From Hyphomicrobiales bacterium (GTDB lineage Bacteria; Pseudomonadota; Alphaproteobacteria; Rhizobiales; Aestuariivirgaceae): 45,741 nt of DNA. Under the pieces are notes generated by a model. That model was not told the origin of the DNA. It saw only the letters and a program-made list of their open reading frames with translations, and did no database searches. Positions 28,610 through 39,400 of the stretch are shown in pieces; positions within the stretch are counted from its first letter, which is position 1, and each line of letters starts with the position of its first letter. The stretch lies in NCBI GenBank assembly GCA_043749835.1, contig JAYVCU010000234.1:1-45741 (forward strand), given 5' to 3'. A program made the translations under genes and the position numbers.

Positions 28610-29110
28610 TCACTTCCGATGCGTTGCCCTATCCTGAATGGATTTAGCCAACAGTGCGCGTTCATCCGCTGAAAGCTTCGCGTAAAAACTTTTTAACATC
28701 GCCCCACTTTTTGCCGCCATGCTATTTGGGCCAGTGGTGAATTCGTCAACAAGTGCGCCCACGTGGACCGCGTCATAGTCTGGTTTCTGCAATTCGGTGG
28801 CGATTTTTTCGGCATTGATCGATGATTGTTTTCTAACACTGTCAAACTCATTTCTATTTTCGCGAAAGGCATCGCCCAGCTCTTTGCGGCGCTCACGTGA
28901 TAATTCGCCGAAGAACCGTTGCGGTACGAATTGCAGATAATTCGCTGCGCTTGCCCTATCGATTGGATTGCGTCTAAAGTTGTGACCGAGTATTAAACCA
29001 AGAATAATCAAATTGATCATCAGTGAAGCCATAAGGCAAATGCGCCAAAGTCCATGTCCGGTATTGGGCAGCCAGGATTTTTCAGAGCGAACTGATTCAA
29101 GATCCGTCAT
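28610..29110 (-). CDS. Periplasmic heavy-metal-sensor/Spy-CpxP-like protein
   Basis: SLMINLIILG membrane anchor and LS.ERR / LSADER repeats; last gene of the ECF operon. Confidence 0.7.
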   Translation of the reverse strand: MTDLESVRSEKSWLPNTGHGLWRICLMASLMINLIILGLILGHNFRRNPIDRASAANYLQFVPQRFFGELSRERRKELGDAFRENRNEFDSVRKQSSINAEKIATELQKPDYDAVHVGALVDEFTTGPNSMAAKSGAMLKSFYAKLSADERALLAKSIQDRATHRK

Positions 29111-29469
29111 GAGGCACTTTCCGCAACCAGGTTGGCTATGTCTTCTAAATCTGCTGAGTTGAAATCCTGAGTTGAACCGAACATTGCAGTGTCTGTTACG
29201 CTGGCAATAGCGCCGCTTAATGTGCCTTGCGTACCCAGCCAAATGCCAAAGACAAGCGAGGCCGCAAGTACCGCTGGCATTTGCCAACGCCAAAATTCAG
29301 GAGGTGTTTGTCTTGCAGGTTGCGGGAAAGGCAGAATATTGCTTGGGCCTGCATCTGATAAGCGACGGGCCATACGCTGTTCAAAACCCAGGGGAACTTT
29401 TGGCCCGCTTGCCATATCAAGCAACTTTGCAAGCTCCTCGTCGGTCAAAATAATATTTTTTTTCGTCAT
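29107..29469 (-). CDS. Putative membrane anti-sigma factor
   Basis: Small single-TM protein (LAASLVFGIWLG) overlapping the sigma factor stop. Confidence 0.65.
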   Translation of the reverse strand: MTKKNIILTDEELAKLLDMASGPKVPLGFEQRMARRLSDAGPSNILPFPQPARQTPPEFWRWQMPAVLAASLVFGIWLGTQGTLSGAIASVTDTAMFGSTQDFNSADLEDIANLVAESAS

Positions 29470-30086
29470 CGATTACTCTCCATTGCCCCGAGAAGTTGCT
29501 TGCCTTGTGGACCTAAATACTCTTTCAATCCACAGCGTGCCCGCGCCAACAGGCTTTCCAGCGCATCAACGCTAATTTCCATGTTTGCCGCAGCGGCGAT
29601 ATTTGTCATCTGTTCAAAATGCACTAAAGTCAGGGCCAGTTTCTGCCTGTGCGGCAACTGGGCAATTGCTGCATTTACAGCTTTAGACACATAGGCCAAA
29701 GTCAGCAGTTCATCTGCGAACGGTGTACTATCTGCCACATTACAGGCTGCTTCCAATTCCTGCATCGGCTTTTGGCGAAACCGGTCCATCACTAAATTTG
29801 ATGCAACACGCAACAACCATCCTTTTAAAGCCTTGGCCTCCCGCAATTGGTTTGGCTTAGCCCACAACCGCAAGAATGCTTCCTGGACAATGTCTTCCGT
29901 GTCTGCATGGCCTCCTGAAATGCGCCACACCACGCGGTACACATCTTTATAATAACGCGATACAAGAACCGCAAAAGCTGCCTGCACACGGCGCGTAGAG
30001 GCTTCCAGCAAAGCCTCATCGCTTCCGGCTTCCCAGTTATCAGCTGTCGCTGTCGACACTGTGCGAATGGCCAAAACTGCTCCCAT
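29466..30086 (-). CDS. ECF sigma-70 factor
   Basis: EDIVQEAFLRLW, WLLRVASNLVMD and region 4 LP.RQK.AL...ESLLARAR motifs. Confidence 0.93.
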   Translation of the reverse strand: MGAVLAIRTVSTATADNWEAGSDEALLEASTRRVQAAFAVLVSRYYKDVYRVVWRISGGHADTEDIVQEAFLRLWAKPNQLREAKALKGWLLRVASNLVMDRFRQKPMQELEAACNVADSTPFADELLTLAYVSKAVNAAIAQLPHRQKLALTLVHFEQMTNIAAAANMEISVDALESLLARARCGLKEYLGPQGKQLLGAMESNR

Positions 30087-30145
30087 GCACCTCATAAGAC
30101 GGTCCAAAGTGCTGTTTCCGTCTCTGCCTCGTCAACTGTCTTAGT

Positions 30146-31534
30146 TTACGCCTTAAGCCCAGCGTAAGGCAAATGCAGTTCAGCGCGCAATCCTGGGCTG
30201 TTCGACTTTAGAATAAACTTTCCATTCAATAAATTGGCAACGCTGGCAACCAGGCTAAGACCCAGCCCATTGCCGGGCTTGGAGCGGCTTTCATCAAGGC
30301 GCACAAAGCGTTGCAGCACGCGCGGCTTGTCTTCGTCGGGAATGCCGGGGCCATTATCTGAAACGGTTATAACAATAACATTCCCCTGCTTCAGACCGAT
30401 TACCTCAATATGCGCACCGCCGGATTTGTCGATCCCATATTTCATAGCGTTATCTACAAGGTTGATCAGCGCCTGGGCCATGAATTCGCGTTTGGCCCGC
30501 ACCAAAAGGCCCGGTTTTGAAATAAGCGTCAAGGTGCCGTGATTGTCTTCGGCTAAAGGCGCATAAAGATCGACCACGTCTTCCAAAATTTCGTGAGCGT
30601 CCAGCTCCTGCAAGTTGCTGCGCTGTTCGCCCGATTCGAGCTGGGTGATGGAAAGTACAGCGTTAAACGTTGACAGCAGTGCATCGCTGTCTGCCAAGGT
30701 TTGTTCCATTATGCTTTTATAATTATCCACATTGTTTTGACGTAGGGCAGATTCAATGCGGGCCCGCAATCTGGTCAGTGGAGTGCGCAAATCATGGGCT
30801 ACGTTACTGGACACCTCGCGCATGCCTTGAACAAGTTTTTCAATCTGTCCCAACATCTCATTTAGCGAGTCGGCCAAGCGGTCCAATTCATCGCCCGAAC
30901 CCGTGGTTGGCATGCGGCCACTTAAATTGCCGTTCATAATCTCGCGGCTGCTCTCCGTAATGGCATCAACGCGGCGCAGGAAGTTGCGACTCACAAAATA
31001 ACTTCCGCCAAGTCCCATCAACAAAGCCAGACCAAGGCCCCCATAAAAAGCTTTGCGGATCACGTTCAGAAACTGGTTTAGATCTTCAACATCCTGGCCA
31101 ACAATAAGTTGATAGTTCTGTGGCAACTGCATGTTGAAACCCCGAACTTGGTGGCCAACAGTGCCATCTGAATCGCCAAACTTGATTGAAAAATTAATCC
31201 ACGCGTTATCAGGCAAAGCATTGATCATAGGTGTGCGCAAATTGCCCGCAAGATAAGAGCCTTGCTCGTCGGCTAACATGAAAAGCATATGTGATTTTGC
31301 TTCAATGCGGCGATTAATAGCGCCCACCAATCCCGGCAGGCCTTGTGTGCCATATTGATCAGCAAGACCTGCAACTTCAGCGCCGATGGTTTCTTCATTC
31401 TGACGCTGCAACAAACCTACGGTATTGAAATAGATATAACCCAACAGTGCCGCCGTTGAGAGAAAGAAAAAAAGAAGGTATAAAGCGGATAGGCGAAACG
31501 TCGACGTTTTGAGCGGGTTGCCGTCAGCGCGCAC
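30146..31534 (-). CDS. HAMP-domain sensor histidine kinase
   Basis: AHDLRTPL, NLVDNA, DNGPGI and GNGLGL boxes. Confidence 0.93.
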   Translation of the reverse strand: MRADGNPLKTSTFRLSALYLLFFFLSTAALLGYIYFNTVGLLQRQNEETIGAEVAGLADQYGTQGLPGLVGAINRRIEAKSHMLFMLADEQGSYLAGNLRTPMINALPDNAWINFSIKFGDSDGTVGHQVRGFNMQLPQNYQLIVGQDVEDLNQFLNVIRKAFYGGLGLALLMGLGGSYFVSRNFLRRVDAITESSREIMNGNLSGRMPTTGSGDELDRLADSLNEMLGQIEKLVQGMREVSSNVAHDLRTPLTRLRARIESALRQNNVDNYKSIMEQTLADSDALLSTFNAVLSITQLESGEQRSNLQELDAHEILEDVVDLYAPLAEDNHGTLTLISKPGLLVRAKREFMAQALINLVDNAMKYGIDKSGGAHIEVIGLKQGNVIVITVSDNGPGIPDEDKPRVLQRFVRLDESRSKPGNGLGLSLVASVANLLNGKFILKSNSPGLRAELHLPYAGLKA

Positions 31535-32198
31535 GGATCATATAGCCCGCCCCGCGCACTGTTTGCAGAAGCGGCATGGCAAAGCCCTTGTCCAGCTTCC
31601 CACGTAAACGCGAAACATGCACGTCGATTACATTAGTCTGCGGGTCAAAGTGATAGTCCCATACATTTTCGAGTAACATGGTGCGGGTAACGATATGGCC
31701 GGCGTTGCGCACCAGATATTCCAACAGCTTAAATTCGCGTGGTTGTAGAATAATGGGTTTGCCGCCGCGCGAAACGGTTCGGGTCATCAAATCCAATTCC
31801 AAATCCATAGCCCGCAGCTTTGCTTCTTTTGGATCTAGTAATTTGCGTGCACCAAGGCCTTCTACGCGGGCCAACAACTCAGCAAACGCATAAGGTTTAG
31901 CCAGATAATCATCACCGCCCGACCGAAGGCCTTTGACACGCTCATCCACGTCACTCAAAGCCGAGAGAATAAGAATCGGCACTTTATTGTCCTGGTCACG
32001 CAAGCTACGGATTAATGCCAAGCCATCAAGCTTTGGCAACATGCGATCTACAATCAGAACGTCATAGCCACCCTCACTGGCCATACCGAGGCCCTGCTCA
32101 CCTTCGCTGGCGTGATCAACAACATGGCCACTTTCTTTTAGGCCTTTGACCAACCACGAAGCTGCGTCTTTATCATCTTCAACCACCAGAATGCGCAT
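31524..32198 (-). CDS. OmpR-family response regulator
   Basis: VVEDD, DRMLP, DDYLAKP and wHTH TVRGAGY motifs. Confidence 0.94.
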   Translation of the reverse strand: MRILVVEDDKDAASWLVKGLKESGHVVDHASEGEQGLGMASEGGYDVLIVDRMLPKLDGLALIRSLRDQDNKVPILILSALSDVDERVKGLRSGGDDYLAKPYAFAELLARVEGLGARKLLDPKEAKLRAMDLELDLMTRTVSRGGKPIILQPREFKLLEYLVRNAGHIVTRTMLLENVWDYHFDPQTNVIDVHVSRLRGKLDKGFAMPLLQTVRGAGYMIRAR

Positions 32199-32294
32199 GG
32201 AACCGTCTGTGCCTTCCCATGGTGGATTTGTCAAATTGGCAGTGTGCTCAATTGGCATGGGTTACTCGCTCTTATGAGTTAATCTAAAATAGAC

Positions 32295-32319
32295 AGGGCC
32301 GCCAAAAGCTGGCGGCCCT
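32295..32319 (-). terminator. Hairpin terminator/attenuator downstream of degP
   Basis: AGGGCCGCCA-loop-TGGCGGCCCT 10-bp stem, weak U-tract on the minus strand. Confidence 0.6.
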
Positions 32320-32327
32320 ATCACAGA

Positions 32328-33809
32328 TTAACCCTTGGTTTTTTCCAAAGTAACAAAATTTTGGCCCTGTGCGGTTTTCACAAGCATCAACACTTTGTTG
32401 CCGGATGCCTTTTTAAGTGCTGCATCCACGCTGGCTTGATCGGAAACGTCCACGCCAGCAATTTTCATGATGGTGTCACCTTCCTTAATACCAACTTCCG
32501 CAGCGGCAGAATTTGGATCAAGTTTCAAAACTTTGACACCTTTGCCACCTGCACCGGGGCCCACTTCCAGGCCAAAAGCCGATAAGCTGGTGCTCTCAGC
32601 TGGCGCTTCCTTGCTCGAGTCTGAATTTGCCATCTCAGGCTTTTCATTTGGCAAGGTGCCCAAGGTCACCGTCACGGTTTCAGATTTACCATCACGGATG
32701 ATCGCAAGCTTCACATCTTTACCAGGAGGAATGCTGCCTATCACCTTGGCCAAGTCACGGTCTGTGGCGATTTCTGTATCATCCACCTTTACGATCGCAT
32801 CACCAGCCTTAATGCCAGCCTTTAATGCAGGCGACTTCGCAGTAAGATCTGAAACTAGAGCGCCCTTGGTATTTTTCAGCCCTAAGGTATCAGCAATATC
32901 CGAACTAATCGGTTGAATCTGAACGCCCAACCAGCCACGTGTCACTTTATGGTTGGCCTTAAGACTTTCGATTACATTCGAGGCAGTCGATGCAGGAATG
33001 GCAAAGCCGATGCCAACAGAACCGCCCGAGGGTGAATAGATCGCCGTATTAATGCCAATTACTTCACCATCCAGATTAAACGTTGGTCCGCCAGAGTTGC
33101 CCTTGTTGATCGAAGCATCGATCTGCAAAAAATCATCATAAGGGCCGTTGCCGATGTCACGGCCACGCGCTGAGATAATGCCGCGTGTAACAGTGCCACC
33201 GAGGCCGAAGGGGTTACCCGCTGCCATCACGGTGTCACCCACTTTGGCTTCTGTCTTAGCCCAATCCACATGAGGGAAGGTTTTGTCAGACTTGATTTTC
33301 AACAGAGCCAAATCGGTTTTCTGGTCAGTGCCGATCACCTTGGCGTCAAAGCTGTCACCATTTTGGAATGTCAGCTTCACGGTTTCAGCGTCTTGCACCA
33401 CGTGGTTATTGGTGACGGCATAACCATCTGCCGTCAAAATAAAGCCAGAGCCTAAGGCCCTTCCGCCACCTTGTGGGCCTTGCTTGCCTTGTGGCCCACG
33501 GAATTTAAAGCCTGGGAATTGGTCAAAAAAGTTTTTAAGGTCTGGTGGCATCTGGTCATTGCCGCCACCTTCGCCACTGTCGGCAATGGCTTTGTCTGAT
33601 ATTTTAACTTCAACGCTGACAACTGCCGGCATCACTTTTTCTACTAACGGGTTGAGCGAACGCGTGGGATCAAGGCCCGCCACATCTGCGTGTGCTATCT
33701 GTGCAGGCGGCAGCGCCACCAAAGCTGATGTAAAAACACTAGCCGTCAACAGACCAGCAGTAACGAGTCCGTAAACTGTTTTGCGAGAAAAACTAGATTT
33801 GCTGTTCAT
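32328..33809 (-). CDS. degP: DegP/HtrA periplasmic serine endoprotease
   Basis: Signal peptide, TNNHV, TDLAL, GNSGGP catalytic triad motifs and two PDZ domains. Confidence 0.93.
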   Translation of the reverse strand: MNSKSSFSRKTVYGLVTAGLLTASVFTSALVALPPAQIAHADVAGLDPTRSLNPLVEKVMPAVVSVEVKISDKAIADSGEGGGNDQMPPDLKNFFDQFPGFKFRGPQGKQGPQGGGRALGSGFILTADGYAVTNNHVVQDAETVKLTFQNGDSFDAKVIGTDQKTDLALLKIKSDKTFPHVDWAKTEAKVGDTVMAAGNPFGLGGTVTRGIISARGRDIGNGPYDDFLQIDASINKGNSGGPTFNLDGEVIGINTAIYSPSGGSVGIGFAIPASTASNVIESLKANHKVTRGWLGVQIQPISSDIADTLGLKNTKGALVSDLTAKSPALKAGIKAGDAIVKVDDTEIATDRDLAKVIGSIPPGKDVKLAIIRDGKSETVTVTLGTLPNEKPEMANSDSSKEAPAESTSLSAFGLEVGPGAGGKGVKVLKLDPNSAAAEVGIKEGDTIMKIAGVDVSDQASVDAALKKASGNKVLMLVKTAQGQNFVTLEKTKG

Positions 33810-33856
33810 TTAAATAATCTCCATTTTGCGATGCAGCTAATCTCGACTATGCCGAG

Positions 33857-33871
33857 TTACCGCTATATTAC
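33857..33871 (-). promoter_or_regulatory. Direct repeat, candidate response-regulator site for degP
   Basis: GTAA-N7-GTAA (11-bp period) on the minus strand, about 50 bp upstream of degP. Confidence 0.4.
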
Positions 33872-33958
33872 TTCGCTATGAAAGATTGGTTATGCTTGTG
33901 GCATTTCAAGGGCAAAGCGCGATTAATGCGGCAACACCGTGAAATTGTGTGGGGAAAT

Positions 33959-34390
33959 TCAGCCTTTCCACTTGCCTTGGGCTTTTAATTTCTCAATGAT
34001 TTCCCTGGGCATGTATTTTTCATCATGCTTGGCCAACACAGAATCAGCAATGAATGAACCATCGGCGGCAGGGTTTCCCTCGGCCACAACGCCTTGGCCT
34101 TCCCGGAATAAATCCGGCAAAAGGCCTTTGAATGAAACCTTCATGGTTTTCGTCATATCGGTAACGCTGAAGGTGACCATGCCACCCGGTGATTTCACCA
34201 GACTGCCTTTTTCAACCAAGCCGCCGAGACGTACACTGGTAAACGGGCCAATGTGCTTTTCAGCAATTTCGCTTGGCGTGTAGAAAAACATAATCGAGTC
34301 ACGCATTGCATAGAGCACAAGGCCCACAGCCAATCCCAACACACCAAGGGCTGCAAGAATTAAGGTTAAGCGCGTTTGTTTGCGTGTCAT
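33959..34390 (-). CDS. ccmE: Cytochrome c maturation heme chaperone
   Basis: MTRKQ.R start, [24 protein letters not shown] and LAKHDEKY motifs. Confidence 0.96.
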   Translation of the reverse strand: MTRKQTRLTLILAALGVLGLAVGLVLYAMRDSIMFFYTPSEIAEKHIGPFTSVRLGGLVEKGSLVKSPGGMVTFSVTDMTKTMKVSFKGLLPDLFREGQGVVAEGNPAADGSFIADSVLAKHDEKYMPREIIEKLKAQGKWKG

Positions 34391-34433
34391 ACCGTCCATA
34401 TAGTCAATACCGTGAGGCAGGGGAAATCCGCCT

Positions 34434-34458
34434 TGTCGCAGGGGGAATTTCAATGTCG
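34434..34458 (+). promoter_or_regulatory. TGTCG direct repeat upstream of soxB
   Basis: TGTCG at 34434 and 34454 (20-bp period); a similar pair lies upstream of the MetF-like gene. Confidence 0.5.
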
Positions 34459-34501
34459 GAAAGGCTTTGAGGTAGCCAGCGCCCTCTGATAAAGCCTGAC
34501 T

Positions 34502-35758
34502 ATGCTGAAATCGCGTTATTCCATATTCTCACTCGCCCGCAACGCGATGACCTATCATAAAGATTGGGAGCGCGCATGGCGTTCGCCTACCCCCAAAGCC
34601 GAATATGATGCCGTGATCGTCGGCGCTGGCGGGCACGGGCTGGCCACCGCTTATTATCTCGCTAAGAACCACAAGGTGACAAATATCGCCGTCATTGAAA
34701 AAGGCTGGCTGGGCGGCGGCAATACTGGGCGCAACACCACCATCATCCGCTCCAACTATCTGCAAGATTCTTCTATCGCCATCTATGAATTGGCGCGCTC
34801 GCTCTACGAAGGCCTCTCGCAGGAGTTGAATTATAATGTGATGTTCTCACCACGCGGTGTTTTAATGTTGTGTCAAACGCAGCACGAGTTGCGCGCTTTC
34901 CAGCGCACGGCCCATGCCAACCGTTTGGCTGGGCTTGACTGCCGCATGATCACACCGGCAGAAGTCAAAGAGATTGTACCGATCATCAATGATGATCCGA
35001 AATGTCGCTACCCGGTTTTGGGCGCCTATTATCAACCACGCGGCGGCACCGGGCGACACGATGCCGTAGCCTGGGGTTATGCACGCGGTGCCGATGCCTT
35101 GGGTGTTGATATTATTCAGAACTGCGAGGTCACAGGCATTCAACGCGATGGCAACCAAGTGGTTGGGTTGGAAACAACCCGCGGCTTGATCAGAAGTAAA
35201 AAGGTTGGAGTTGTCACTGCTGGCAATGTGTCCACTGTAATGGATATGGCCGGCGTGCGCATGCCGATCGAGTCACTTTGCCTGCAAGCGCTGGTGTCTG
35301 AACCGATCAAGCCCGTCATCGATTGCGTCGTGATGGCCAACACGGTGCACGGCTATATGAGCCAGTCTGACAAGGGCGAACTGGTGATCGGCGGCGGCAC
35401 TGATCCTTATAACAATTATTCGCAACGCGGTTCATTCCCAGCGCTGGAACATACGATCACCGCCCTCATCGAAACTTTTCCCATCATTTCGCGGCTGCGC
35501 ATGTTGCGTCATTGGGGCGGCATTGTGGATATGACGGGGGACCGCTCACCGATTATCGGCAAGACGCCGATCGATGGCCTCTATGTAAATTGCGGCTGGG
35601 GCACGGGTGGGTTCAAATCTATACCGGGTTCGGGTTATGTGTTTGCTGATACAATAGCCAATAACCGGCCGCATCCCATCGCCGAGCCTTTCTCGATGGA
35701 GCGCTTCACGCAAGGCAGATTCATTGATGAATCGGTTTCCGCCGCCGTGGCGCATTAG
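34502..35758 (+). CDS. soxB: Sarcosine oxidase subunit beta
   Basis: [32 protein letters not shown] motifs and C-terminal AAVAH. Confidence 0.96.
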   Translation: MLKSRYSIFSLARNAMTYHKDWERAWRSPTPKAEYDAVIVGAGGHGLATAYYLAKNHKVTNIAVIEKGWLGGGNTGRNTTIIRSNYLQDSSIAIYELARSLYEGLSQELNYNVMFSPRGVLMLCQTQHELRAFQRTAHANRLAGLDCRMITPAEVKEIVPIINDDPKCRYPVLGAYYQPRGGTGRHDAVAWGYARGADALGVDIIQNCEVTGIQRDGNQVVGLETTRGLIRSKKVGVVTAGNVSTVMDMAGVRMPIESLCLQALVSEPIKPVIDCVVMANTVHGYMSQSDKGELVIGGGTDPYNNYSQRGSFPALEHTITALIETFPIISRLRMLRHWGGIVDMTGDRSPIIGKTPIDGLYVNCGWGTGGFKSIPGSGYVFADTIANNRPHPIAEPFSMERFTQGRFIDESVSAAVAH

Positions 35759-35770
35759 GGGAACACAAAA

Positions 35771-36106
35771 ATGACTCTTGAAGAGCAAGAACTGTTGAAA
35801 GAAAATTTTCACAACGAGCTTCTTGCTCTTTGTGATCGCATTGTTGTTGAAACAAAACGAAAATACAACCCAAAAGAGCTCCGCCGAATGATTCTGGAGA
35901 AAACTGGCTATCTAACAGCGTGCCATTTTCTGGATTTGCCGCCATCCGACATAACTTCAGGGCTAGGTACACTCTTCATCTTGAATAAAAGCGATCTCTC
36001 GCTTGAAACATTCGTTCAAGAAGATCCGTGGCATAATCTTTTCTCTTCAAAGCAGTTAAGTACAGCTAAACTAAGACTTAAAGTGCCAGGAACGAAGGGC
36101 TATTAA
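35771..36106 (+). CDS. Hypothetical protein inserted in the sox operon
   Basis: 111-aa ORF filling the soxB-soxD gap, with a GGGGA RBS and visibly AT-richer than its flanks. Confidence 0.7.
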   Translation: MTLEEQELLKENFHNELLALCDRIVVETKRKYNPKELRRMILEKTGYLTACHFLDLPPSDITSGLGTLFILNKSDLSLETFVQEDPWHNLFSSKQLSTAKLRLKVPGTKGY

Positions 36107-36109
36107 GAA

Positions 36110-36457
36110 ATGCTGTTAGTCACCTGCCCTGTTTGCGGCGCTGCTGGCGATGAGACCGATTTTCATTTCGGCGGCCAGGCGCATATTGCGCGGCCCGCTA
36201 CAACTGATCCGTTGAACATTAGCGATGAACAACAAAGCCACTATCTGTTTACCCGCATCAACCCCAAGGGCTTGCATTTTGAGCGGGTACGTTGTGATCG
36301 CGGTTGTGGCAAGTGGTTCCATGCAGCGCGCGATACTATAACGATGGAGTTCAAAGCTTTTTACGGCGTCAACGAAATGCCACCTGCCGATGTGATGGTG
36401 CAAGCCAAAGGGGCCTGGGCTAAATATTTTGCAATGCGAATGAAGACACAGAAATGA
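36110..36457 (+). CDS. soxD: Sarcosine oxidase subunit delta
   Basis: CPVCG, F.FGGQAH..RP, NPKG and GCGKWF...RDT.T motifs. Confidence 0.93.
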   Translation: MLLVTCPVCGAAGDETDFHFGGQAHIARPATTDPLNISDEQQSHYLFTRINPKGLHFERVRCDRGCGKWFHAARDTITMEFKAFYGVNEMPPADVMVQAKGAWAKYFAMRMKTQK

Positions 36458-39400
36458 CCGGAAAACCTTACCGCCTCGCCGAAGGCGGCAGTCGTATTGA
36501 TCGCAATTCACGCGTGACCTTTTCTTTTGATGGCCGTGATGTGCAAAGCTTTGCCGGAGACACTGTGGCTTCCGCAGTGCTTGCGTCGGGCCAAAAACTT
36601 TTTGGCCGTAGCTTCAAATATCACCGCCCTCGCGGCGTGGTAGGCTTGGGCTCGGAAGAAATGAACGCGCTCATTGGCGTTGGTGCCGATGCACGGCATG
36701 AACCCAATTTGCGCGCCACGCAGGTTGAAGTGTTTGGCGGCATGGTAGCTGAAAGCCAGAACCGCTGGCCATCACTGTCATTTGATATTGGGTCAATCAA
36801 TTCCAAACTCTCGCGGTTTATTCCCGGCGGGTTTTATTACAAGACCTTCAAGTGGCCGCAGAGCTTTTGGAAGCATGTCTATGAGCCAGTAATTCGCCGC
36901 GCCGCAGGCCTTGGCCGCGCCGCTACGGGCCGCGATCCAGACACTTATGAACATATGCACTTGCATTGTGATGTTTTGGTCGCAGGCGGCGGGCTTGCGG
37001 GAATTTTAGCTGCGGATGCTGCTGCAAAAGCTGGCGCGCGCGTGGTGTTGGTCGACGAGAACCCTGCGCTCGGGGGCGTTGCCGATCTGATCGCAGGCGC
37101 GGTCAACGGTCAGTGCATTGCAGATTGGCTGGCGTCAGTCACCGAAAATCTAGGTGCCATGTCCAATTTGCTTATCTTGAATCGCACCACCGTTGTTGGT
37201 CATTATCATCATAATTATCTGATGGCACATGAACGTGTGGGTGAACATGACCCAGCCCAACTTGTGGCGGGTGCACCACGCCAGCGCTTATGGAAAATTC
37301 GCGCTAAACAAGTGATTATGGCAACTGGAGCATTAGAACGTCCCATCACATTTGCAAACAATGATCGCCCAAATATCATGCTCGCCTCGGCTGTGCGTGG
37401 GCTTGTTGGGCGTTATGGTGTGGCCCCGGGCACAAAGGGTATTGTGTTCACCAATAATGACGATGCTTATCTTACGGCCTTTGCTTTAAAGAAAGCCGGC
37501 ATAGGGGTGCAAGTGGTTGATAGCCGTGCGCGGCCTGATGGCGACCTTGTAAGGCGTGCGCAGAACGATGGTATTCCAGTTTCATTGTCCTCGGTAATTT
37601 CTGCTGTTGAGGGAACGCTTGGCGTGAAGGCGGTCAAAATTGCGGCTTACCGCAAAGGCCAAGGCCGTGTGATCACCGAGCGCAAAGTGGAGTGTGATTT
37701 CATTGCCATGTCGGGCGGGTGGAATCCGGTGTTGCATCTTTGGGCGCACAACGGCGGCAAAATCAAGTTTGATGATGCTTTGCAAAGCTTCCGACCAGAC
37801 ACGCACCGCGATGCGATCACAGCCATTGGTGCTGCTAATGGCACGATGAGCGTTGCTGACACAATAGCCGAAGCCCAAGCAGCAGGTGAATTAGTTGCAA
37901 AAACTGTTTTGAAAAAAGCCAGAGCAGTTAAGATGACCAAGATTGAAGTGAACGAGCCCAAACGCGCGGCACTGGAATCGCTCTGGTTTTCACCTGCCAC
38001 AGGTCTTTATAACGAGGGCAATAAGCACTTCGTCGATTTCCAAAATGATGTGACCGCCGCAGACTTGGAACTTGCACAACGTGAAGGCTATGAAAGTGTG
38101 GAGCACACTAAACGTTACACCACGTTCGGCATGGCCACTGATCAAGGCAAAACGTCTAACCTAAACGGGTTAGGTGTATTGGCGGAAGCTACGGGCAAGA
38201 CGATTCCCGAAATCGGTGTTACCACTTTTCGCCCACCTTATACGCCCTATTCATTCGGTGCGATTGCAGGAGCGTTGACCCATGAATTGTTCCTGCCAGT
38301 ACGACGCACGGCCGCCTTCCAATGGCATATTAATAAGGGTGCCACATGGGAACCCGTGGGCCAATGGCGTCGCGCTTACACTTACACAGGTGTTGGGGAA
38401 GACCAGCATCAGGCGATCACCCGCGAAATCCTCAGTGTACGGAACAAGGTGGGGCTGCTCGATGCTTCAACGCTGGGCAAAATTGAAATCAAGGGGCCGG
38501 ATGCAGCGGAATTCTTGGACCGCGTGTACACCAACATTTTCTCAACTTTGAAAGTTGGTCGTTGCCGTTACGGCTTGATGATGAATGAGTTGGGCTTTCT
38601 CACCGATGATGGTGTGACCGTGCGCTTGGGCGAAGATCATTTCCTCATGCACACCACATCAGGTGGCGCTGACCGCATTGCCGCGTGGCTGGAAGAATGG
38701 CTACAAACCGAGTGGATGCAATATAAAGTATTCGTCACACCGGTCACCGAGCAATGGGCGCAATTTGCTTTGGCTGGCCCACGTGCGCGTGATGTTTTGG
38801 CAAAGCTGGAACCCGATTTCGATATCTCAAGCGAGGCCTTTCCACATATGAGTTTCAAGACCGGAAAACTCGGCGGCTTCCCGGTTCGCATTTATCGCAT
38901 CTCATTTTCGGGTGAGCTGTCATACGAAATCGCAACACCTGCAGGCTTTGGCCATTCATTGTGGAAATCGATCATGGAGGCAGGTGAGGAATTCGGCATC
39001 GAGCCATACGGCACCGAAGCGCTTCACGTCTTGCGCGCGGAAAAAGGCTACATTGTCATCGGCGATGAAACAGACGGCACAACCACGCCCGATGACGTGG
39101 GCATGGCGGGCATGGTCTCCAAAAAGAAAACTGATTTTCTTGGAAAGCGTTCGCTGCAACAGGTCGATATGAAACGCGAGGGCCGCAAACAACTTGTTGG
39201 GCTGCTGACCGAGGAACCACAAGACGTATTGCCTGACGGTGCGCAGGCCGTGGCGCAGATGAATGACAGGCCCCCGATGAAGATGATCGGCCATGTTACG
39301 TCCAGCTATTTGTCGCCAACGCTTGGCCGCTCGATTGCCATGGGGCTGATTGAGAATGGCCGCGCACGTATGGGCGAGACGATTTCGTTCCCTCTTGAAG

